64,000 nucleotides of DNA from an uncultured Magnetococcales bacterium (GCA_963974105.1 CAXBBG010000005.1:62717-126716), one strand, 5' to 3'; counted from the stretch's first letter, positions 50,935-61,184 are shown. Numbers and translations: made by a program. The notes: a model not told the origin generated them from the letters alone.

Positions 50935-51462
50935 CTACTGGCAGGAAACCAATGCCATAGAGTAAATAGGGTTTTCAAACACATGCACCGAAGGGCGCTT
51001 TTTATAGATCCAACCTGTAAACAACAAGTTATTTTCCGCATCATGTATATCTAAAAAGGCAGCATCATTACCAAACGCACCTTCATAATCTCTTAAACAC
51101 TGAGACATATTCACCGTTAAGCCGTGATATACTTTTTCTGATGATAAGGAGTTTAATAACAAAACATCCTTGGTATTTGTGCGGCGGTTTACAAAAGAAA
51201 CCTTTCCTGCAAAATTTTTCTCTGGCAATAAAGGCCTATCAATCATAAGAGCTTCTACCTCAGTTGCAGATGCGTCTAAAGGCATGCTTTCATCCATCAA
51301 AGGCACTTCACCATAAGGCGTAAAGTCTATTGGATTATTTTGAGCGTCCACATTTTCATATGTTTTAATATTAAACATATCTGGCGGACCTGCTAGATCC
51401 TCTGCCTGTGCACTTATCACAGGAAGAAATAATGATAACAATAATAATTTTTTTGTACACAT
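50935..51462 (-). CDS. DUF2155-like secreted protein
   Basis: Signal peptide; C...AAFLDI...LFTGW....PS...FENPIY.....C pattern. Confidence 0.7.
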   Translation of the reverse strand: MCTKKLLLLSLFLPVISAQAEDLAGPPDMFNIKTYENVDAQNNPIDFTPYGEVPLMDESMPLDASATEVEALMIDRPLLPEKNFAGKVSFVNRRTNTKDVLLLNSLSSEKVYHGLTVNMSQCLRDYEGAFGNDAAFLDIHDAENNLLFTGWIYKKRPSVHVFENPIYSMALVSCQ

Positions 51463-51875
51463 TAGTCTAATAAACCTCTAATCGTTTTAAGCTCTGTAAT
51501 AAATGCTGTTAAATTTGGTGCACTTGAAGATGAACTTTGCTCTTGATGCACATCAATTGACTCAACGTCCCCACCTTCAAGCAAGGATTGCACACCACGT
51601 ATGGTATACCCCTTATCGTGGAGCAACGTTTGGATCTGCTCAATTATTTTAATGTCTTCAGGGCGATAATAACGACGGCCACCTGCACGTTTAACAGGCT
51701 GAATTTGAGGGAATTTCGTTTCCCAAAAACGTAAAACATGCGTTGCAACGCCTAAACTTTCGGCCGCTTCACTAATCGTGCGGTAGGCTGTGTCAGACTT
51801 CGTGCGTTTTTTAGAGCTCTTATTTTTCTTTTTAGGCGTTACAGTTTCGCCAAACAAGTTCAAACTTTCATCCAT
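51462..51875 (-). CDS. MerR family transcriptional regulator
   Basis: [25 protein letters not shown]...[13 protein letters not shown]; usual position after ihfA. Confidence 0.92.
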   Translation of the reverse strand: MDESLNLFGETVTPKKKNKSSKKRTKSDTAYRTISEAAESLGVATHVLRFWETKFPQIQPVKRAGGRRYYRPEDIKIIEQIQTLLHDKGYTIRGVQSLLEGGDVESIDVHQEQSSSSSAPNLTAFITELKTIRGLLD

Positions 51876-52051
51876 AACAATAACCCCACAACATGCTTCT
51901 TTAGAATATATATTTTAGATAACAATTATTGCTATCTGTTATTTTTGAAAGTTTAACATATGCGTCCGCACGGGTACAATTATTTCAGGCTGTTAGTTAC
52001 ACTTTAAGCATAAAAAAAACCTCCCTATAGGGAGGCTTTTTTTATAAAAAC

Positions 52052-52351
52052 TTATCGTGCGCCGTTTATACGATCTTTTAAAACGTGAGAAGCTTTGAAT
52101 ACCAACACACGGCGTGGTGTGATAGGCACTTCTTCACCAGTTTTAGGGTTACGGCCAATACGTTCACTTTTACTGCGAACAGAGAAATTACCGAAAGCAG
52201 AAAGCTTAACAGCATTTCCTTTTTCTAGTGTTGAAACAACTTCTTCTAATACTTGCTCTACAAGTTCAGATGAATTTTTGCGTGACAGTCCAACTTCGCT
52301 GTAAACAGCCTCCATTAGGTCCGCTCTCGTTAAGGTAGTGTGGTTAGGCAT
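52052..52351 (-). CDS. ihfA: integration host factor alpha
   Basis: [35 protein letters not shown]. Confidence 0.96.
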   Translation of the reverse strand: MPNHTTLTRADLMEAVYSEVGLSRKNSSELVEQVLEEVVSTLEKGNAVKLSAFGNFSVRSKSERIGRNPKTGEEVPITPRRVLVFKASHVLKDRINGAR

Positions 52352-52442
52352 ATTGGTTAACCTTTCAGTTTTTTTAATTTATGTAATATATATCACTTTA
52401 GTGTAGTTTTCAAGTGCATACGCTTTGTATTTCAAACTTTTT

Positions 52443-53423
52443 TTAAAATCTAATTAGAGCTGCACCCCATGTAAACCCTGCTCCAAAAGCTTCAAGGAAA
52501 AGAAGGTCACCTTTTTTCACCCTGCCATCTCTTACAGCAACATTTAAAGCCAGTGGAATAGAGGCTGCTGAAGTATTTGCATGCTCACCAACAGTTAACA
52601 CTACTTTACTACTTTCCATTCCCAGATGCTTTGCAGTGGCATCTATAATTCTTTTGTTTGCTTGGTGTGGAATCAACCAATCAATATCGTCCTTATCAAC
52701 ATTATATTTATCTAGCATATAGGTGACAAGAGAACTTAATGTTTTCGTTGCATGTTTAAACACTTCACGTCCGTTCATAATAACAGAACCAGCAGTACCT
52801 GTAGATGCAACGCCACCGCTAGAATACAAGTCTTTTATGTATTCACCATTGCTGAAAATTTCAATAGCTTGAATGCCTGAAGTGGTGTCCGATTCATCAT
52901 TTGTTTTTTCAATGACAACCGCACCTGCCCCGTCTCCAAACAGCACATAAGTTGTACGATCTTCTGGCGTGATAAGGTCTGAAAATGTTTCAGCGCCAAT
53001 AACCAAAGCGCGCTTTGCCTTACCTGTTTGAATTTGGCTTTCAGCCATTGACAAAGCATAAATAAAACCACTACAAGCGGCGGCTAGGTCAAAGGCTGCA
53101 CCGTGTTTCATACCCAAGTTTGCCTGCACTTGGCAAGCAACCGATGGAAATGTCAAATCAGGCGTTGCGGTGCCTACGATAATAAGATCAATGTCATCAA
53201 CCGTTAAATTTGCAGATTCTAGTGCCTGCTGAGCTGCCTTTGTTGCCAAAGATGATGTCGACTCATCGCCAGATTTAAAGTGTCTTTGTTGAATACCAGT
53301 ACGTGACTGAATCCATTCATCCGACGTTTCTACAATCGAAGATAGGTCGTCATTGGTAACGATATTTGCGGGCAATGCGCCCCCGGTGCCAGTTATCACG
53401 ATAGACATATAATTATCTAACAA
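52443..53423 (-). CDS. fabH: 3-oxoacyl-ACP synthase III
   Basis: TSDEWI..RTGI, AACSGF, FGDGAGA, PHQAN, NTSAASIP, GAGFTWG. Confidence 0.96.
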   Translation of the reverse strand: MLDNYMSIVITGTGGALPANIVTNDDLSSIVETSDEWIQSRTGIQQRHFKSGDESTSSLATKAAQQALESANLTVDDIDLIIVGTATPDLTFPSVACQVQANLGMKHGAAFDLAAACSGFIYALSMAESQIQTGKAKRALVIGAETFSDLITPEDRTTYVLFGDGAGAVVIEKTNDESDTTSGIQAIEIFSNGEYIKDLYSSGGVASTGTAGSVIMNGREVFKHATKTLSSLVTYMLDKYNVDKDDIDWLIPHQANKRIIDATAKHLGMESSKVVLTVGEHANTSAASIPLALNVAVRDGRVKKGDLLFLEAFGAGFTWGAALIRF

Positions 53424-53494
53424 TCTATAGTTGTGTTTTTATATCAAATATAAAAAGGGAGGCTAACGCCCCCCTTTTTAATAAGCCATTTCAC

Positions 53495-53692
53495 TTATGA
53501 CGCAGATGTGTCAGAAGTTGATTGTGCTACAATTTCACGATCAGCGTAAAACCCGCATGAAGGACATACGTGGTGTGGTTGCTTCAATTCGCCACAGTTA
53601 GGGCACTCTTGGTGCGCTGCTGCACTGATTGCGTCATGAGAACGACGTTGGCCACGACGTGATTTAGAAATCTTAGTTTTTGGTACTGCCAT
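53495..53692 (-). CDS. rpmF: 50S ribosomal protein L32 (zinc-ribbon type)
   Basis: [24 protein letters not shown]...HHVCPSCG. Confidence 0.96.
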   Translation of the reverse strand: MAVPKTKISKSRRGQRRSHDAISAAAHQECPNCGELKQPHHVCPSCGFYADREIVAQSTSDTSAS

Positions 53693-53804
53693 TTTTCTCT
53701 CTTTCGTATTTTGTATATTCACCGTTTATGCTGCGAAGCAAAGAAACGGTTTAATTACCATCAATCTGTTCTACAAAACAAAACTCAAGCTAACTTCTAT
53801 ATGA

Positions 53805-54362
53805 TTATGAGTCAGATTTCAAGCCTTTCAATACAGAAAATGGATTTTTTTCTTCTTTTTCTTTAATTAAGGCCTTTTCTTGCCCATCATTCAGCTGAAA
53901 TTCGCCTTTTTTGTCAGAATGCGTTTTAGGATGAATCGGGTAAGCATTCATATGTAAAATAATTTGCTGGATCAAATATTCCTTAATATCTAAAATAGGC
54001 CCATCTAAAACTTCGGTCATATCATCTTCATTTGATTCACCAATAAACACCTGTTCGTGGAACTTTAAAATCTCATCTTCATCAAATTCTTCTAAAATGC
54101 GCACACAAGTACGGCGCATGGTGGTTTTAATTTCACCCAACAACTTTAATACATTACCGCGTTTTTCAATCACGCAACGTGCTGCACATTTACCAGCGTC
54201 TGGCACATCAATTTGCTGACACGCCGCTGTCCAGTTTTCGGGTGAAACAACGCCTTCAACTAAATAGGAGCCATTTTTCATCGTCTCAACATTAAAAGTA
54301 ATGCTAAATGGGTCTTTTTTATAAACTGCTACATAGTCAGCTTCATTATTTTGTGCGTTCAT
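53805..54362 (-). CDS. DUF177/YceD family protein
   Basis: CVRILE, LDI..YL...I.L.M..YP, NPFSVLKGLK; upstream of rpmF. Confidence 0.85.
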   Translation of the reverse strand: MNAQNNEADYVAVYKKDPFSITFNVETMKNGSYLVEGVVSPENWTAACQQIDVPDAGKCAARCVIEKRGNVLKLLGEIKTTMRRTCVRILEEFDEDEILKFHEQVFIGESNEDDMTEVLDGPILDIKEYLIQQIILHMNAYPIHPKTHSDKKGEFQLNDGQEKALIKEKEEKNPFSVLKGLKSDS

Positions 54363-54934
54363 GAAACGTCTCCTGAATTTTCCATCACAATCTCTCTTGG
54401 CTCAAAAGTGCCTTTTTTTAAATTATCAAGGCTTTCGATCCAATTTTCAAGCTTTTGCGCCTGCATTTTACGGGCTTCTGAAATCAAAACAATGCTTATG
54501 CTCATGGCTTTCGCTTTATCGCACACACTGTTTCTTACAAAACTTTCTGAAAGTAAGGCTGTGTTCCCCATTTCAAAGGCTTCTCCATAAGAAACCAAAC
54601 GTCCATGAAAGGCAGCAGCTAACTTTTTAACTTCAGGCCCAATACGTACATCACTTACACCTTGTTCACGCAAAGCCACTTCAAAAGTGTCAAACATATG
54701 GTCATAAGCAGCTTGAGACAGCCCACGTGCGCGCTTTGACCCCTCGCCTTTTAAATACCATGCATATAACGCCATAAAAATAGCTATCGCTTCAAATTTC
54801 TCACGACGCTCTTCAACAGAAGACGTTTCGTTTTTAAAACGCTGTGGAAAGGTATTTTTAGCCTGTGCCAACGCACTTTCAAACACTTTTGTTGTATTTC
54901 GGTCTATATGTCGGTTAAATATGTTAAAAATCAT
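54359..54934 (-). CDS. ubiquinol-cytochrome c chaperone (Cbp3-like) family protein
   Basis: LSQ...D.MF......LREQGVSD..I...VKKLAAAFHGRL..Y; usual position between bamE and yceD. Confidence 0.85.
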   Translation of the reverse strand: MIFNIFNRHIDRNTTKVFESALAQAKNTFPQRFKNETSSVEERREKFEAIAIFMALYAWYLKGEGSKRARGLSQAAYDHMFDTFEVALREQGVSDVRIGPEVKKLAAAFHGRLVSYGEAFEMGNTALLSESFVRNSVCDKAKAMSISIVLISEARKMQAQKLENWIESLDNLKKGTFEPREIVMENSGDVS

Positions 54935-55033
54935 TGCGTAAGTTGTCCTTTTTTCATAAAGTCACATAGGTAAACTATGTAAAATTAAATTAACATGAAA
55001 TAAAGTGTTTATCTATTGAAAAAGGGAAGACCT

Positions 55034-55468
55034 ATGTGGCGAAAAATTATACTAACGCTTTCTGTTATAACGGCTGTGGCTTTTGCAACAACAGCTTGCA
55101 CAAAACGTATGGAAACACACGGAAGTATCGTAAAACAAGACAGAATTGACCGTGTAAAAGTTGGTATGCATACACGTAATGATGTTGCTGAGCTCTTAGG
55201 GTCTCCATCTGCCGTTGGCACATTTAACGACAAACGCTGGTATTACTACACTGAAAAAGCATCCATCAAACCTCTTGGCAGTAAAAATATTGTAGAGCGT
55301 GAAATTGTCATTATCGACTTTGACCCACAAGGTAAAGTTTCAGCAATGTCTTACAAAACAAAAGATGACGCACAAAACCTAAGCCCAAGCAAAAAAACAA
55401 CTGCAACACATGGCCAAACACTTGGCATTATTGATCAATTCCTCGATAACGTAGGCAAAGGGTTGTAA
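55034..55468 (+). CDS. bamE: outer membrane protein assembly factor BamE
   Basis: Lipobox TAC, VG...R.DV..LLGSPS, WYY, FD..G.V. Confidence 0.9.
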   Translation: MWRKIILTLSVITAVAFATTACTKRMETHGSIVKQDRIDRVKVGMHTRNDVAELLGSPSAVGTFNDKRWYYYTEKASIKPLGSKNIVEREIVIIDFDPQGKVSAMSYKTKDDAQNLSPSKKTTATHGQTLGIIDQFLDNVGKGL

Positions 55469-55470
55469 CC

Positions 55471-56067
55471 ATTTTAAAAGCACTCCGCAGACAAAGTGGC
55501 GCTATTTTTGGTATGGATGCCAGGATATCCATCGCCATATTCGCTGCCTTGTCTGTGACAGCTGGTTATTACGCCCTTGGGAAAATTGAAGACATTCGCA
55601 ATAGTTCAATTATACAAGAGCTACAATCCATTGACACCGCCCTCAAAGAATTCCAAACCGATATGGGTGTTTTTTACAAGCAAGCCATTGCTAATGTTGA
55701 CTCACTCGATGACTTTAAAGCTCTATATAATGCTGACTATGTAAACCTTGATTATAAAAGACTGTGGAACGGCCCTTATATTAACGAAGAAACAACCAAT
55801 CACAACTTACTGGGTTCATACTACCTTGCCTACTACCGAGATGATATGTCCCCTTGCCAAAGTAAGGGTGATTGCCATGTCTTTATCGCCATCACAGAAA
55901 CACCAGACGAAGTTTGGCATTATATTAATGACTATATTGACGGCGCAGGTGGCTCACATTTAGAAAACGAAGAAAAAGCCTACATTACAGGTAAAGTGCG
56001 TGCCACAACTCCAAAAGGCACCAGAACCTTACTTTATAAATCTGTAAGTAAAAAAATAAGAAGGTAA
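55471..56067 (+). CDS. GspG-like pilin/pseudopilin with atypical N-terminus (probable ATT start)
   Basis: In-frame upstream extension ILKALRRQSG-AIFGMDARISIAIFAAL matches the paralog; FQTDMG..Y and WNGPYI resemble GspG. Confidence 0.7.
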   Translation: MLKALRRQSGAIFGMDARISIAIFAALSVTAGYYALGKIEDIRNSSIIQELQSIDTALKEFQTDMGVFYKQAIANVDSLDDFKALYNADYVNLDYKRLWNGPYINEETTNHNLLGSYYLAYYRDDMSPCQSKGDCHVFIAITETPDEVWHYINDYIDGAGGSHLENEEKAYITGKVRATTPKGTRTLLYKSVSKKIRR

Positions 56068-56075
56068 CCCCTTTC

Positions 56076-56672
56076 ATGAAAAAAATAACGTGCTTGAACA
56101 ATGCTAAAGGCGCCATTTTTGGATTAGATGCCCGTATCACCCTCGCTATATTTAGTGGGCTGAGTATTATTGCGGGTTACACTATCACGTCAAATATTGA
56201 CTATATAACGGGCGGCGCACTCAGTGACGAACTTAAAAACTACGCCTCTGCAATTGACGGCTTTCACCACGATATGAAACAAGACATCTTTAAAACACTC
56301 GATACACCAACCGCAGAAAATGCCGTAGGTGCTTTGTATGACCGTGAATTTTTAAGCCCTGGAAGGTACCGTTCTAGATGGCTAGGTCCGTACATGGAAT
56401 ACCGCAGCAATACACACCCTAAATATGGTCAAATGCTTTTAGAGCACCGCAAGGAAAGTTTTAAGGATAAATGTCAAGGCGTCAGCAATGTTTGCTATAT
56501 TTGGGCAACTTTTAATGCTGTTCCCATCGGCACAATAGAAAAAGTCAACGAAGACTTTGATGGACGTGAAGTTGCACCTGAACTTGAAGGACGTATTCAA
56601 TGGGATATGCGCCAAAAGACAGGCGAAGAGCATTATAAACTTTGGTTTAGGGTATCTCGCTCTATTCTTTAA
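56076..56672 (+). CDS. GspG-like pilin/pseudopilin with atypical N-terminus
   Basis: MKK...AKG-AIFGLDARITLAIFSGLSIIAGY hydrophobic helix; FHHDM and WLGPYM. Confidence 0.72.
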   Translation: MKKITCLNNAKGAIFGLDARITLAIFSGLSIIAGYTITSNIDYITGGALSDELKNYASAIDGFHHDMKQDIFKTLDTPTAENAVGALYDREFLSPGRYRSRWLGPYMEYRSNTHPKYGQMLLEHRKESFKDKCQGVSNVCYIWATFNAVPIGTIEKVNEDFDGREVAPELEGRIQWDMRQKTGEEHYKLWFRVSRSIL

Positions 56673-56701
56673 AATACATCAAAACATAAAGGATTTTTTT
56701 A

Positions 56702-57259
56702 ATGCACGAATTTGAGGCTAAATTTACAGGCTATACAATGCAAAGCGCCCGCGATTTACTTCAAAATAAGGGCTACAATCTTAAGCATCCACAACGGCTC
56801 ATGACACGTAAAGCTTACCACATAAAAGGCAATAAAAACAAATGGGGTCGCGTGCGCGATGAAGGTGATAAAATCACTTTAACCATTAAGGAATTAACGG
56901 AAAACAGCCTAAATGGTGTCAAAGAAGCAGAAATTATTATCAACAACTTCAACGATGGTGCAGCAGTTTTAGAAATGTGTGGTTTTTACGAAGTAGCATT
57001 TCAAGAAACAAAGCGAGAACTTTGGTTTAAAGGCAATATTGAAGTTATGATAGATACATGGCCTGGCCTGGCCCCTTTCCTTGAAGTAGAAGGCCCCAAC
57101 AGCACCAGCGTTATAGATGCCTGCACCGAACTTGGTCTGAACATGGACGAAGCCCTGTATGGCGGCGTAGATGTTGTTTACCAAAAGGAGCTCGGCATAA
57201 GTGCTGATACCATCAACAACACACCTACCCTTACATTTAACCAACCTCCAAAGGCTTAA
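56702..57259 (+). CDS. CYTH (class IV adenylate cyclase-like/triphosphate tunnel) domain protein
   Basis: HEFEAKF (ExExK), RVRD, LTIK, QETKRE.W, IDTWPGL..FLEVEG. Confidence 0.88.
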   Translation: MHEFEAKFTGYTMQSARDLLQNKGYNLKHPQRLMTRKAYHIKGNKNKWGRVRDEGDKITLTIKELTENSLNGVKEAEIIINNFNDGAAVLEMCGFYEVAFQETKRELWFKGNIEVMIDTWPGLAPFLEVEGPNSTSVIDACTELGLNMDEALYGGVDVVYQKELGISADTINNTPTLTFNQPPKA

Positions 57260-57488
57260 GCTCTAATTCCCCCATTACCCACTAGCTGGCTCAGCCTTGA
57301 GTCAGCTTAGAGCAACCACAGCCTTTGCATAGCACTTTCACAACCAACACCACTATCAAGCTTAGCTCTACGTCAATTTGGCCCTCATTTTAGCACTTCT
57401 GAACCCGTCAATGGGCACCATCTAGCCCACAGCACCCACACACTACGCAATATTTACCCAACTTTGTCCTTATCCCCCACACAGCCGT

Positions 57489-57517
57489 AAAAAAAAGCAC
57501 CCCGAAGGGTGCTTTTT
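57489..57517. terminator. bidirectional terminator ending the ribosomal operon
   Basis: A8-GCACCC-CGAA-GGGTGC-T5. Confidence 0.9.
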
Positions 57518-57530
57518 AAGAGATAGAGAC

Positions 57531-58052
57531 TTACTTGCCTTTAGGAGCTACTTTTTGAGCAGGAGCTTTTGGAGCTGCACTTTTTGGTGCTGCTTTTTTA
57601 GCTTCTTTAGCTGGGGCTGGAGCCTTCGCTGTTTTAGCTTCTTTTGCAGGTGTTGCTTCTTTAGTTGGTTTAGCAACTTTTTCAGCTTTAACTGCAGGCA
57701 ATTCTGTAAGTTGAATAATCGCCATGTCAGCAGCGTCACCTTTACGGAAGCCAGCACGCAATACACGTGTGTAACCACCTTGGCGTTTAGCAAATGCTGG
57801 TGCGATTTCATCAAAAAGTTTAGCCACGATGTCGTTGCTACGAATTGTTTTCATAACTTCACGACGCGCTGCAAGGTCACCCTTTTTAGCTTTTGTGATT
57901 AAAGGTTCTACCACGCGACGAAGATCTTTCGCTTTGTGTACAGTTGTTTTAATCTGACCGTGCTCTAGTAAGCTTGTTGCCATGTTAGCAAACATTGCTT
58001 TACGGTGTGAGCTTGTGCGGCTGAATTTACGTCCTGCGATACCGTGTTTCAT
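57531..58052 (-). CDS. rplQ: 50S ribosomal protein L17 with Ala/Lys/Pro-rich C-terminal tail
   Basis: RTSSHRKAMFANM, IKTT..KAK, GGYTR. Confidence 0.97.
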   Translation of the reverse strand: MKHGIAGRKFSRTSSHRKAMFANMATSLLEHGQIKTTVHKAKDLRRVVEPLITKAKKGDLAARREVMKTIRSNDIVAKLFDEIAPAFAKRQGGYTRVLRAGFRKGDAADMAIIQLTELPAVKAEKVAKPTKEATPAKEAKTAKAPAPAKEAKKAAPKSAAPKAPAQKVAPKGK

Positions 58053-58110
58053 AATATTATCTCTCTTTTCTCTTTTAGTTAGTTAAAGCTTTAAAACTAT
58101 TACATTCAAA

Positions 58111-59127
58111 TTAGAAATCTGATTCTAGTTTCTTAGCAAGTTCTTCAATGTTTTCAGGTGGCCAGCTGTCTAAGTGCATGCCAAGTCCAAGACCCATAGT
58201 TCCAAGTACTTCTTTAATTTCATTAAGAGACTTGCGACCAAAGTTTGGTGTCTTAAGCATTGCAGACTCAGAGTTTTGAACCAAGTCACCAATGTAAACA
58301 ATGTTATCATTTTTCAAGCAGTTTGCACTACGTACAGAAAGCTCAAGCTCGTCAACCTTCATCAACAGGTTAGGGTTGATATCTGGTGTGTTGTCTTTAA
58401 CTTCTTTTTCTTCGATGATTTCATCAAAGTTAATAAACAACTGCAACTGATCTTGTAGAATACGCGCAGCGTAAGCTAAAGTATCTTCAGGTGATGCAAA
58501 ACCGTTTGTTTCAATATCAAGTGAAAGCTTGTCGTAGTCAGTATCTTGACCAACACGAGCATCTGTCACTTTGAAAGATACACGACGAACCGGAGAGTAG
58601 ATCGCGTCTACAGGGATAAGACCAACAACAGCTTCTTCTGGGCGGTGGTTTGCAGCTGGGCTGTAACCTTTACCAGAATCAACAGTAAGTTCGATGTTTA
58701 ATTCAGCACCGTCACTTAGCGTTGCAATGTAGTGCTCAGTATCAATTATTTCAACTTCGCTACCACATGTAATGTCACCAGCTGTTACAGTACAAGGACC
58801 TTTAACCTTCAACTGTACAGTTTTAGCTTCATCAGCGTGCAAGCGCACTGCCATTGCTTTAATGTTTAGAATAATCTCTGCAACATCTTCCATAACACCA
58901 GGAATAGAAGAAAATTCGTGCAAAACACCATCAATTTTAATTTGTGTTACAGCAGAACCTTGCAAGCTTGAAAGTAAGATACGACGTAGCGCATTACCCA
59001 TAGTGTGACCAAAGCCACGCTCTAGCGGTTCAATTGTAAATGTAGCATTTTTGCGACCATCACGACCAGGTGTGATGTCAATACTGCTTGGCTTAATAAG
59101 CTCTTTCCAGTTTTTTTGAATTTGCAT
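58111..59127 (-). CDS. rpoA: RNA polymerase alpha subunit
   Basis: [33 protein letters not shown]. Confidence 0.98.
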   Translation of the reverse strand: MQIQKNWKELIKPSSIDITPGRDGRKNATFTIEPLERGFGHTMGNALRRILLSSLQGSAVTQIKIDGVLHEFSSIPGVMEDVAEIILNIKAMAVRLHADEAKTVQLKVKGPCTVTAGDITCGSEVEIIDTEHYIATLSDGAELNIELTVDSGKGYSPAANHRPEEAVVGLIPVDAIYSPVRRVSFKVTDARVGQDTDYDKLSLDIETNGFASPEDTLAYAARILQDQLQLFINFDEIIEEKEVKDNTPDINPNLLMKVDELELSVRSANCLKNDNIVYIGDLVQNSESAMLKTPNFGRKSLNEIKEVLGTMGLGLGMHLDSWPPENIEELAKKLESDF

Positions 59128-59235
59128 TCTAATATTCCTTTGTCTTAAATGTATTGCCTCTTAAGAGGTTCAACGGTTTATTATCTAAGCTCGACAGGTT
59201 ACGAATTCAACCCCTGCCTGCACCTTTATTAGTTA

Positions 59236-59628
59236 TTACACACGACGCGCTTTAGGCGGACGACAACCATTGTGAGGAACCGCAGTTACATCACGAATTG
59301 TTGTAATTTCGAAACCAATCGCCTGTAGGGCACGTAGAGCAGATTCACGACCTGAACCAGCACCTTTAACGTTTACTTCCAAAATTTTCATACCGTGCTC
59401 TTGTGCTTTCGCACCAGCAGCTTCACCCGCAAGCTGAGCTGCGTATGGAGTTGATTTACGAGACCCTTTAAAGCCTTGTTCACCAGCGGTAGCCCAAGAA
59501 ATAGCGTTTCCTTGAACGTCTGTAATTGTTACAATAGTGTTGTTAAACGTAGAGTATACGTGCGCAATACCATTAGTGATATTCTTGCGAACTTTACGTT
59601 TTGTACGACTTGTTTTTTGAGTAGCCAT
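59236..59628 (-). CDS. rpsK: 30S ribosomal protein S11
   Basis: [29 protein letters not shown]. Confidence 0.98.
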   Translation of the reverse strand: MATQKTSRTKRKVRKNITNGIAHVYSTFNNTIVTITDVQGNAISWATAGEQGFKGSRKSTPYAAQLAGEAAGAKAQEHGMKILEVNVKGAGSGRESALRALQAIGFEITTIRDVTAVPHNGCRPPKARRV

Positions 59629-59645
59629 TATTTACTTCTCTTCCT

Positions 59646-60008
59646 TTATCTTTTCACAACAGACTTACGAGGACCCTTACGAGTACGCGCGTTTGTCTTT
59701 GTGCTTTGTCCACGAACTGGCAATCCACGACGGTGACGCAAACCACGGTAGCAAGCTAAATCCATCAAACGTTTGATGTCTAAAGCAACTTGGCGACGAC
59801 GGTCACCTTCTACAATGTAGTCTGTTTCAATAATTGTGCGGATTTTCGCAACTTGCTCTTCTGATAGGTCTTGAACGCGTGATTCAGGCTTAACCTTAGC
59901 ACCTTCAAGAATGTCAAAAGCAGTTTTGCGGCCAATACCGTAAATGTAGGTTAGGGAAGCCCAAACCTGTTTATCTGTTGGTATGTTTACACCGGCAATA
60001 CGAGCCAC
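59646..60008 (-). CDS. rpsM: 30S ribosomal protein S13
   Basis: [24 protein letters not shown]; GTG start. Confidence 0.98.
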   Translation of the reverse strand: MARIAGVNIPTDKQVWASLTYIYGIGRKTAFDILEGAKVKPESRVQDLSEEQVAKIRTIIETDYIVEGDRRRQVALDIKRLMDLACYRGLRHRRGLPVRGQSTKTNARTRKGPRKSVVKR

Positions 60009-60105
60009 GATATCTCTCCTTTTAATAAAATTGTATTCGTTTTTTCCACGAATATCGCTGAAAATACCATCTTCTTAACAAATGTCAAGAAAATAGACAA
60101 TTATT

Positions 60106-60243
60106 TTAGCGACGGCCAATGCCTTGACGGCAATTGTTACGTGGGTTCATCTTGTCAATCACGTATAGACGGCCACGACGTTTAACAACGATACATGTAC
60201 GAGAACGTGTTTTCTTACTGCGAATAGATGATACTATCTTCAT
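60106..60243 (-). CDS. rpmJ: 50S ribosomal protein L36, type B (zinc-free, YkgO-like); absent from the ORF track
   Basis: Translated by hand: [45 protein letters not shown]; AGGAG SD. Confidence 0.9.
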   Translation of the reverse strand: MKIVSSIRSKKTRSRTCIVVKRRGRLYVIDKMNPRNNCRQGIGRR

Positions 60244-60276
60244 TTTTTCTCTCCTGTTTTAGTCATTGAAGCAGAA

Positions 60277-60495
60277 TTATTTCTGCCTGTAAGTAATGCG
60301 ACCTTTTGTTAAGTCGTAAGGTGTCATTTCAACTGTTACGCTGTCCCCTGCGAGGATACGAATGTTAAACTGACGCATTTTACCTGAAATGTGTGCCAAT
60401 ATCTCATGGTTATTTTCCAGACGTACTCGAAACGTTGTATTCGGCAAAATTTCAACCACCTTACCTTCTAGTTCAATTACATCGTTTTTAGCCAA
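60277..60495 (-). CDS. infA: translation initiation factor IF-1
   Basis: [32 protein letters not shown]; TTG start. Confidence 0.97.
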   Translation of the reverse strand: MAKNDVIELEGKVVEILPNTTFRVRLENNHEILAHISGKMRQFNIRILAGDSVTVEMTPYDLTKGRITYRQK

Positions 60496-60515
60496 AGTAC
60501 CTTACTCCTTTATAA

Positions 60516-61184
60516 TTAAGCCGCTGCTGAAGCATCAATAGCTGCTACCAGCGCATTAAAGACGGTGTTCATATTTTGCCCACCGTCAAATTCTTGCACC
60601 ATACCCTGCTTTGCATAGTATGTTGTTACCGGAGCTGTTTGCTCACGGTAAACGTTCAAACGATAACGAAGCACTTCTTCATTGTCGTCATCACGCTTTA
60701 CAAGCTCTTCACCTGTCACATCACACTTACCAGCAACTTTAGGCGGGTTATTACGCGCGTGATAGACACGTCCACTCTTTGGCGCAAATAAGCGCCCAGC
60801 CTGTCTGTCTACCACAACGTCGTCATCAACGTTGAGACAAAAAACATGACTCAGCTCGAGTTTATTCTTTTCAAACATTTTGTCTAACCCTTGAGCTTGT
60901 ACAACTGTTCGAGGAAAACCGTCAAGTATAAAACCATTTTCACAGTCAGATTTTTTAATTCGGTCTTCAATAATCTTTAATACAACATCGTCAGAAACAA
61001 GATCACCGCGGTTCATCAAAATCTCCGCCTGCTTACCAATTTCTGTACCTTGAGCAATAGCCTCGCGCAACATGTTACCTGTAGAAAGCTGCGGTATCCC
61101 GTACTTTTCTACCAACATCTGCGCTTGCGTGCCCTTACCAGCACCTGGTGCGCCCAAAAATATAATGTGCATAGGTTTTTTCAT
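60516..61184 (-). CDS. adk: adenylate kinase
   Basis: GAPGAGKGTQ P-loop, ILDGFPRT, LID domain. Confidence 0.97.
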   Translation of the reverse strand: MKKPMHIIFLGAPGAGKGTQAQMLVEKYGIPQLSTGNMLREAIAQGTEIGKQAEILMNRGDLVSDDVVLKIIEDRIKKSDCENGFILDGFPRTVVQAQGLDKMFEKNKLELSHVFCLNVDDDVVVDRQAGRLFAPKSGRVYHARNNPPKVAGKCDVTGEELVKRDDDNEEVLRYRLNVYREQTAPVTTYYAKQGMVQEFDGGQNMNTVFNALVAAIDASAAA

